A DNA stretch of 64,000 nucleotides from an uncultured Bacteroidota bacterium (lineage in GTDB: Bacteria; Bacteroidota; Bacteroidia; Bacteroidales; CAIWKO01): the NCBI GenBank assembly GCA_937934705.1, contig CALGYY010000117.1:2277-66276 (forward strand). The letters run 5' to 3'. Shown here one piece after another: positions 58,123-64,000 of this stretch. The position numbers and the translations under genes are program-made. Every line of letters begins with the position of its first letter. The first letter of the stretch is position 1. The notes under the pieces were generated by a model. The model saw nothing but the letters and a program-made list of their open reading frames with translations. It had not been told where the DNA came from and did not search any database.

Positions 58123-58998
58123 ATGAAAAAAAACCTTCTGATGCTCCTGCTGCTGTGCCCGTTTTTCGGGCACAGCCAGCAGCTGAGCCTGATTGACACT
58201 ACGTATACATGGAATATCGGAGTAATGAGTTTCGGTATCCCCGTACAGACCGTATTCATGAAGATCAGCGGCGATACGGCATATTCCGGAAATCAATACT
58301 ATAAATTTTACAGTTCGGACGATTCCCTCTTTAGTGTGATGTATCTTGATGGCCTTGTCCGCGAAGATACAGCGGCAGGCATTGTCTGGTACAAAGACCT
58401 TCACAACCCCTGCGGCCCTGAAGAGGAGATCTATATCGATACCCTCGATGAAGGAGAAACCCATATGGGATATACCTGCGCCCCGCTCTCTTTTATGGTT
58501 GATTCGTCATCATATATTTTCCTTGACGGGAAACTGCGAAAAGTGATGATCTTTAATCTGAACGGCGGGGCAAATCCCCGTGAATACTGGGTGGAGGGAT
58601 TCGGCAGCACTTTCTCTCCGGTGAAACCCCATCACAATTTCTGCGTTGCAGATCTGGAATATCATGTACTCTGTATTCACCGGAATTCAACCCTGGTATG
58701 GTCCAATCCGCTTTTTACTGAATGTTACTGGCCGGATGTCTCGGCCCTCGGGGAAGTTCAGGATGAAGAAAACATCCGGGTTTATCCGAATCCATCGGCA
58801 GACGATCTGAGGATCACAGGTGCAGAAGAGTTGTCAGAAATCCGTCTGCTGAACCTGCAGGGCGCACTGATCAGATCCTGGTCCGGACCACTATCTCCTC
58901 CTCTTACCTTAGAGGCAGGAGAAATCCCCGGCGGAACTTACCTGCTCGTGATAAAGACTGTAAGCGGCCATATCATTAGCAGAAAGGTGGTACGTTAA
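58123..58998 (+). CDS. hypothetical secreted protein with a T9SS C-terminal sorting domain
   Basis: The signal peptide is ...FFGHS|QQL. The C-terminus is VYPNPSADDLRITG...GTYLLVIKTVSGHIISRKVVR. It starts 6 nt after the A2M stop. Confidence 0.75.
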   Translation: MKKNLLMLLLLCPFFGHSQQLSLIDTTYTWNIGVMSFGIPVQTVFMKISGDTAYSGNQYYKFYSSDDSLFSVMYLDGLVREDTAAGIVWYKDLHNPCGPEEEIYIDTLDEGETHMGYTCAPLSFMVDSSSYIFLDGKLRKVMIFNLNGGANPREYWVEGFGSTFSPVKPHHNFCVADLEYHVLCIHRNSTLVWSNPLFTECYWPDVSALGEVQDEENIRVYPNPSADDLRITGAEELSEIRLLNLQGALIRSWSGPLSPPLTLEAGEIPGGTYLLVIKTVSGHIISRKVVR

Positions 58999-59026
58999 GC
59001 TTTTGTACTTTTGTAAAAATTGTGAT

Positions 59027-59485
59027 ATGACAAGGATAGCCGTTTTCCCTGGTTCTTTCGACCCGATCACCCGGGGGCACGAGAATGTCATCAGACGCTC
59101 CCTTCCTCTTTTCGATAAGGTGATTGTCGCGATCGGAGAAAATTCCGACAAGAAGTATTTCTTCCCGCTGGAACAAAGGCTGGAATGGATACGGCAGACC
59201 TTTGCCGACTGCAGCCAGGTTGAAGCCGGACATTATTCGGGACTCACTGTGGATTACTGCCTGACGCGCAAAGCCGGATTTATCCTGAGGGGATTACGAA
59301 CATCAGCCGATTTTGAATTCGAAAGAAGTATCGGACAGGTGAACCGTAAGATCAAAGGCGGTATTGAAACCATTTTCATTCTTGCCGATCCGGAATTTAC
59401 AGCCTTGAATTCTTCGATTGTAAGAGAGCTTATCCGTTACGGCGGGGATATCAGCGATTTTGTCCCGCCCTGTGTGAAGATTTAA
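59027..59485 (+). CDS. coaD: pantetheine-phosphate adenylyltransferase
   Basis: The start is at MTRIAVFPGSFDPITRGH, which is the T/HxGH motif. The protein is about 152 aa. Confidence 0.92.
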   Translation: MTRIAVFPGSFDPITRGHENVIRRSLPLFDKVIVAIGENSDKKYFFPLEQRLEWIRQTFADCSQVEAGHYSGLTVDYCLTRKAGFILRGLRTSADFEFERSIGQVNRKIKGGIETIFILADPEFTALNSSIVRELIRYGGDISDFVPPCVKI

Positions 59486-59558
59486 TTTTTTTGTCAATCA
59501 TAATATTGCAGATGCAACACTCGTTTATTAAGCGGGTACATCAAAACAGGGGGTAAAG

Positions 59559-59615
59559 GCCTCATCCCGGTAAGCTCGTTCCGCACGGGAGGAGTTGGGA
59601 TGAGGCTCATTTTTT
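59559..59615 (+). terminator. terminator-like long hairpin downstream of coaD
   Basis: GCCTCATCCC (59559..59568) pairs with GGGATGAGGC (59597..59606) around a structured 28-nt loop. TCATTTTTT follows, and it abuts the next ATG. Confidence 0.5.
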
Positions 59616-61025
59616 ATGGGACGACACTTCAGGATCATAACGTGTATCTTCTTTCTGGTGCTGACCGCCGAAAGGGCAGGCGCGCAGGAAGCCCTGGTGA
59701 CGGGAAGGGCTGAGGGTGCTGCAGGACATATGATCGCTGCAGGTACTTTCAGCGATTATATTTCAGGTAAAGAAATCATCCTGGCCAGGGGACGCATCGA
59801 TTCTGCAGGAAACTTCAGCCTCAGGATTCCGTTGAAATCCACTTCATACGTTTGGTTCAACATTGATTATTACTACGGTGAAGCCTGCCTGGAACCGGGC
59901 GGTGAATATCAGTTCAGACTTTGCAAACTGGTCTTTAGTGACCTGACCGATCGTATCAACCACAATCTTCAGCCTTTGGTAATGCAGGTCGTCCCCGACA
60001 GTAATGACGCATTAAATCTGTCCATTCAGCATTTCAACCGCCTGACCAATCGTTTTCTGCAGGATAACCTGATCGGTTTTGCTGAAAAACGGATGCGAAA
60101 AGCAATTGACACGCTTAAAATGAAATGCGATACGATATTCGCAGACTTCAGGAATGATTTCTTCATGAAGTACCGCGAGTACCGTTTTGCGGACCTTTAT
60201 CTCATGAATGCTCAAAGCAGCACCAGCAAACTGTTTGAGACCTATCTCTCGGAACGCAGACCGGATTATCGCAATATCGAATATATGAATTTCTTCATTC
60301 ATTTTTATGAAGATTACTATATGAATATCGGTCAGGGAATTGGTGTCGACAAATACCGCCTGATCGTCAACCATCAGGCATCATGGTCTGCATTACTGGA
60401 CTCGGCAGGAGCAGATCCCCAACTGGTGAATGAAATACTAAGGGAGGCGGTCATGCTGGAAACCCTGAAAAACCTGTATGCTGCGCAGGGCTTCGACCGC
60501 AAAAATATCCTGCATATGCTCAGACAGGCAGCGGATCAGACTAAATTTGAGGAGCACCGCCTGATCGCCAACAACCTGATGGAAGTTCTCACCCGTTTTG
60601 AGCCCGGGGAGGAGGCGCCGGATTTCTGTCTGCCCGGTGCAGGCGACGACACGCTCTGCCTGAAGCAATTCCGGGGAAAATATGTTTATCTGCATTTCTT
60701 CACAACATGGAACATCGCCAGTCTTGAAGAAATGGAAATGATGCGCTCCCTGTATACAAAATATAAGGGGAATGTCAGCTTTATCAGTATTTGCTGCGAC
60801 CGCGAATACATGAAAATGTTCCATTTTGCCAGGGACCACGATTACCCCTGGCCCCTGCTTCATTTCAGTCAGGATTATGAATTTCTGCGTGAATGGGGCA
60901 TTGCAACCTATCCTTACTTCATCCTGCTTGATCCTTCGGGACGCTTTGTGGCACATCCCGCTGAAAGTCCCAGTATGAACATAGAGAAACGACTGAAAGA
61001 TGTTCTGATCGGAACCAAAGAATAA
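59616..61025 (+). CDS. secreted thioredoxin-fold (TlpA/AhpC-TSA-like) protein lacking the CxxC motif
   Basis: The signal peptide is ...RAGA|QEA. The C-terminal region (APDFCLPGAGDDTLCLKQFRGKYVYLHFFTTWNIAS...ATYPYFILLDPSGRFV) follows the TlpA pattern, but WCxxC is replaced by WNIAS. Confidence 0.7.
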   Translation: MGRHFRIITCIFFLVLTAERAGAQEALVTGRAEGAAGHMIAAGTFSDYISGKEIILARGRIDSAGNFSLRIPLKSTSYVWFNIDYYYGEACLEPGGEYQFRLCKLVFSDLTDRINHNLQPLVMQVVPDSNDALNLSIQHFNRLTNRFLQDNLIGFAEKRMRKAIDTLKMKCDTIFADFRNDFFMKYREYRFADLYLMNAQSSTSKLFETYLSERRPDYRNIEYMNFFIHFYEDYYMNIGQGIGVDKYRLIVNHQASWSALLDSAGADPQLVNEILREAVMLETLKNLYAAQGFDRKNILHMLRQAADQTKFEEHRLIANNLMEVLTRFEPGEEAPDFCLPGAGDDTLCLKQFRGKYVYLHFFTTWNIASLEEMEMMRSLYTKYKGNVSFISICCDREYMKMFHFARDHDYPWPLLHFSQDYEFLREWGIATYPYFILLDPSGRFVAHPAESPSMNIEKRLKDVLIGTKE

Positions 61026-61030
61026 TGAAA

Positions 61031-61051
61031 GAGGCGGTTTGTCACCGCCTC
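61031..61051. terminator. bidirectional terminator hairpin between convergent genes
   Basis: GAGGCGGT (61031..61038) pairs with ACCGCCTC (61044..61051) across a 5-nt loop. Confidence 0.6.
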
Positions 61052-61057
61052 CTCATC

Positions 61058-62077
61058 TTACTCAATAACAGTCACCCATCCATGCGGATCAGGTTCATCG
61101 CCATATTGTATGGCTCTCAGTTTTTCGTAAAGGCGGGTTGAAACCGGTCCGGCTTTACCGTCTTTACAAAACTCATAAACACGGTCGCTGTCGCGGTCGA
61201 AGATCTTTTTAATCGGTGAAATCACCGCAGCGGTACCGCAGGCACCCACTTCATCAAAATCTGCCAATTCTTCAACGGCCACATGACGCTGCTCCACCTT
61301 CATGCCCATATCAGCGGCGAGCTGGCGCAAACTCATATTGGTTATCGAAGGCAAAATACTGTGGGAATCCGGTGTGATGTAAGTATTCCCTTTGATCGCG
61401 AAGAAATTTGCAGGACCCGCTTCGTCGATGTACTTCTTTTCTTTGGCGTCAAGAAAGATGGCAGTGGCATATCCTTCATGATGAGCCCTCTCAGCAGCAC
61501 GTAAGCTCGCCGCGTAGTTGCCCCCCACCTTGATATGGCCCGTTCCCAGCGGTGCTGCGCGGTCGTAATCACGGATGATCTGGGCTGTTACCGGGTTGAA
61601 GCCTTCCTTGAAATAAGGACCCACCGGGCTGACAAAGATCATAAACAGGTACTCATCAGCAGGTTTCACACCCACCTTTGGCCCTGATCCGACCAACAAT
61701 GGCCTGATATACAATGAAGAACCGGTTCCATAAGGCGGAACAAACTTCAGATTGAGTTTAATAGCCTTCGTCATAGCCTCCCCGAACAGTGCTTCAGGAA
61801 CCGGCTGCATCATGATCCCTTCAGCAGAACGGTTCATGCGTTTGGAGTTTTCCTGCCAACGGAAAACCCTGACCTTACCATCTTTACCCATAAACGCCTT
61901 TAGCCCCTCGAATGCCTCCTGGCCGTAGTGCAAACAAGTGGCTGCCATATGTAATTCAATGGTTTCTGATTCCGAAACCTCCATCTGCCCCCACGTACCG
62001 TTCCTCCAGTAACAACGGACGTTGTAATCGGTCTTCATATAACCGAAAGGAAGGCTTTTCCAATCAATGTTTAACAT
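61058..62077 (-). CDS. ilvE: branched-chain amino acid aminotransferase
   Basis: It has the class IV aminotransferase pattern: FEGLKAF, the HIKVGGNYAASL catalytic-Lys region, and GTAAVISP. Confidence 0.92.
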   Translation of the reverse strand: MLNIDWKSLPFGYMKTDYNVRCYWRNGTWGQMEVSESETIELHMAATCLHYGQEAFEGLKAFMGKDGKVRVFRWQENSKRMNRSAEGIMMQPVPEALFGEAMTKAIKLNLKFVPPYGTGSSLYIRPLLVGSGPKVGVKPADEYLFMIFVSPVGPYFKEGFNPVTAQIIRDYDRAAPLGTGHIKVGGNYAASLRAAERAHHEGYATAIFLDAKEKKYIDEAGPANFFAIKGNTYITPDSHSILPSITNMSLRQLAADMGMKVEQRHVAVEELADFDEVGACGTAAVISPIKKIFDRDSDRVYEFCKDGKAGPVSTRLYEKLRAIQYGDEPDPHGWVTVIE

Positions 62078-62167
62078 ACCTAAAGAGTTTTAGTGAATAA
62101 TCCGGTTGATTGATTACCCGGCTAAAATAAAGAATATTAAAATAAGGCGGATGAGAAGTGAATAATT

Positions 62168-63907
62168 TTACTCCTGAACCGCTCCCGCCTTTTCCACCCA
62201 TTCCTTCACTTCCTCAACTTTCGGGGCGGGAATATCAAGTTTCAGTTTCTTCCGAAGACCACAAATATCATTGAAAAGCTTGTTCGGAGTGGCATCTTTT
62301 AAGGTCTGTGCATTCGAAAAACCTGCTTTCATGATCAGTTCCGCAAAGACTGCCGGAATTCCCAGCTCTGTCAGTGAGCTTCCGCCCGCAGCTATGGCTT
62401 TGACCTCAGGCTTCATCTGCGGAAAGAAGAGCACATCCTGAATAGAATGCTGATTCGCCATGATCATGGTCAGCCGGTCGATGCCGATGCCCAGGCCGGC
62501 GGTTGGCGGCATTCCGAACTCAAGTGCACGTAAGAAATCCTCATCAAGCACCATGCTTTCGTCATCTCCCCTGCGACCCAGCTCCAACTGTGCTTCAAAC
62601 CGCTGCCGCTGATCAATGGGATCGTTGAGTTCTGAAAAGGCATTGCAAAGTTCCTTGCCGTTTACAATCGCCTCAAAGCGCTCCACCAATCCTTCATATT
62701 TTCTGTGCTTCTTTGCCAGGGGCGACATCTCTACCGGATAATCAGTAATAAAAGTGGGCTGAATCAGCTTTGGCTCACAACATTCTCCGAAAATCTCATC
62801 AATGATTTTTCCTTTGGCCATTGCAGGTGTCAGCTCAACACCCAGTTTTGCGGCCGTTTCACGGAGTGCGGCCTCATCCATGGTGCTGATATCCATTCCG
62901 GTGAATTCCCTGATGGCTTCAAACATCGTGAAGCGTTTCCAGGGCCGTCGGAAATCGATCATGTGATCCCCGACACGGAGAGCAGTTGTCCCATGAAGAT
63001 CCAGCGCAATCCTTTCTACCATTTCTTCCACCAGATCCATCATCCAGTAATAGTCCTTGTATGCAACATACAACTCCATCTGGGTGAATTCCGGATTGTG
63101 AAAACGATCCATCCCCTCATTACGGAAATCCTTGGCGAACTCAAATACGCCATCGTATCCCCCGACAATCAGCCGTTTCAGGTAAAGTTCATTGGCAATA
63201 CGCAGATAAAGTGTGACATCCAGTGCGTTGTGATGGGTCTTGAACGGACGTGCGGCCGCACCCCCGTAAAGGGGCTGCAAAACAGGTGTCTCCACTTCCA
63301 GGTATGACTTCGCATTCAGAAAATTGCGCATGGATTGGATCAGTCGAGAACGCAGAACAAATGTTTCCCTGATGTGGGGATTCACGATCAGGTCGAGATA
63401 GCGTTGTCTGTAACGCTGTTCAGGATCAGTAAAAGCATCGAATTTCTGATCCTCTTTTTCTTTAACGATGGGCAGTGGCCTCAGCGATTTCGACAATAAA
63501 CGGAAATTTCTGACATGCAGGGTTGTTTCTCCCATTTGGGTGACAAACACAAATCCCTCAGCGGCGATGATGTCACCAATATCGAGCAAGCGCTTGAATA
63601 CAGTATTGTAGAGGGTTTTATCCTCACCAGGGCAGAGGTCATCCCGTTTGAAATACAGCTGGATCCGCCCGCTGATATCCTGTATTTCCGCAAAAGCGGC
63701 CGCTCCCATGACCCTTCGGCTCATGATCCGTCCCGCGATCTTAACCTCCTGAAACAGGGAAGCGTCTGACGGGAACTTTTCCAGGATCTCTGCTGCTGTG
63801 GTATTGACCTCAAAACCTTCTGCGGGCCATGGATCTATTCCCAACTTCAATAATTCATCCGCTGCCTGCCTGCGGATCTGCTCCTGCTCGCTGTATAATG
63901 CTGACAT
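62168..63907 (-). CDS. lysS: lysine--tRNA ligase (class II) with a Bacteroidota-type C-terminal extension
   Basis: It has an OB-fold N-domain and class II motifs ([18 protein letters not shown]; GLGIGIDRL). About 80 extra C-terminal residues are present. Confidence 0.93.
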   Translation of the reverse strand: MSALYSEQEQIRRQAADELLKLGIDPWPAEGFEVNTTAAEILEKFPSDASLFQEVKIAGRIMSRRVMGAAAFAEIQDISGRIQLYFKRDDLCPGEDKTLYNTVFKRLLDIGDIIAAEGFVFVTQMGETTLHVRNFRLLSKSLRPLPIVKEKEDQKFDAFTDPEQRYRQRYLDLIVNPHIRETFVLRSRLIQSMRNFLNAKSYLEVETPVLQPLYGGAAARPFKTHHNALDVTLYLRIANELYLKRLIVGGYDGVFEFAKDFRNEGMDRFHNPEFTQMELYVAYKDYYWMMDLVEEMVERIALDLHGTTALRVGDHMIDFRRPWKRFTMFEAIREFTGMDISTMDEAALRETAAKLGVELTPAMAKGKIIDEIFGECCEPKLIQPTFITDYPVEMSPLAKKHRKYEGLVERFEAIVNGKELCNAFSELNDPIDQRQRFEAQLELGRRGDDESMVLDEDFLRALEFGMPPTAGLGIGIDRLTMIMANQHSIQDVLFFPQMKPEVKAIAAGGSSLTELGIPAVFAELIMKAGFSNAQTLKDATPNKLFNDICGLRKKLKLDIPAPKVEEVKEWVEKAGAVQE

Positions 63908-63921
63908 TGATAAAATTTTTG

Positions 63922-63929
63922 CAAAGATA
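63922..63929 (-). promoter_or_regulatory. candidate -7 promoter box (TATCTTTG) for lysS
   Basis: The minus strand reads ..CATTTTGTATCTTTGCAAAAATTTTATCAATG. The box lies 14 nt upstream of the ATG, which implies a very short leader. Confidence 0.35.
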
Positions 63930-64000
63930 CAAAATGTATCAGCCTGAGGAGTGTCATCAGGAGGCAGATGATCGCTGCGACCACAGGATGCAGGGTTCTC

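Noticed and set aside
1-64000. I looked for CRISPR arrays, rRNA genes, integrases, transposases, restriction-modification systems, toxin-antitoxin pairs or other known defence modules.
   Set aside because: I saw no regularly spaced direct repeats and no ORFs with the corresponding motifs. The PIN domain at 8343..9692 is the N-terminus of a conserved PhoH/YlaK ATPase, not a VapC toxin. The MORN/YwqK-like protein at 36888..37601 has no adjacent toxin gene.

Overview
This window looks like a chromosomal segment of a Bacteroidota-type genome. The evidence is several C-terminal T9SS sorting-type domains, a fused SecDF, a long YidC, TAnnTTTG-type -7 promoter boxes, and Gln directly after every predicted signal-peptidase-I site. 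About 90% of the window is ordinary housekeeping coding sequence: valS, lpdA, uvrA, dnaK, pyrF, prfA, purM, secDF, yidC, hemW, coaD, ilvE, lysS, dusB, a PhoH/PIN ATPase and an M28/glutaminyl-cyclase-like lipoprotein. There is also a compact exopolysaccharide export cluster (asnB-like, GT4, wza, wzc, rfbC, wecA-like) and several large secreted or T9SS cargo proteins. Four parts are not ordinary. (1) The left ~3.9 kb is visibly AT-rich and ends exactly at the 3' end of a tRNA(CAU). It carries an excisionase-like HTH gene and a same-strand array of small lipoprotein genes, so it is probably the edge of an integrated island. (2) A 0.8 kb gene-free gap lies between convergent genes at 36.1-36.9 kb. 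It contains a 668-bp element with 16-nt terminal inverted repeats (14/16 matching), flanking 8-bp direct repeats, and a GC-rich, hairpin-dense core with no credible ORF. I read it as a MITE-like element, possibly carrying a structured RNA. (3) A thioester (CVEQ) alpha-2-macroglobulin gene is interrupted by a single in-frame TAA. It also contains a striking Tyr/Asp-rich insert. (4) An OmpA-family protein carries an extra C-terminal degenerate retropepsin-like domain. I saw no CRISPR array, integrase, transposase, rRNA or recognisable defence or toxin system. I cannot claim a convincingly novel multi-gene system here. The MITE-like/structured-RNA locus is the best candidate for something undescribed.
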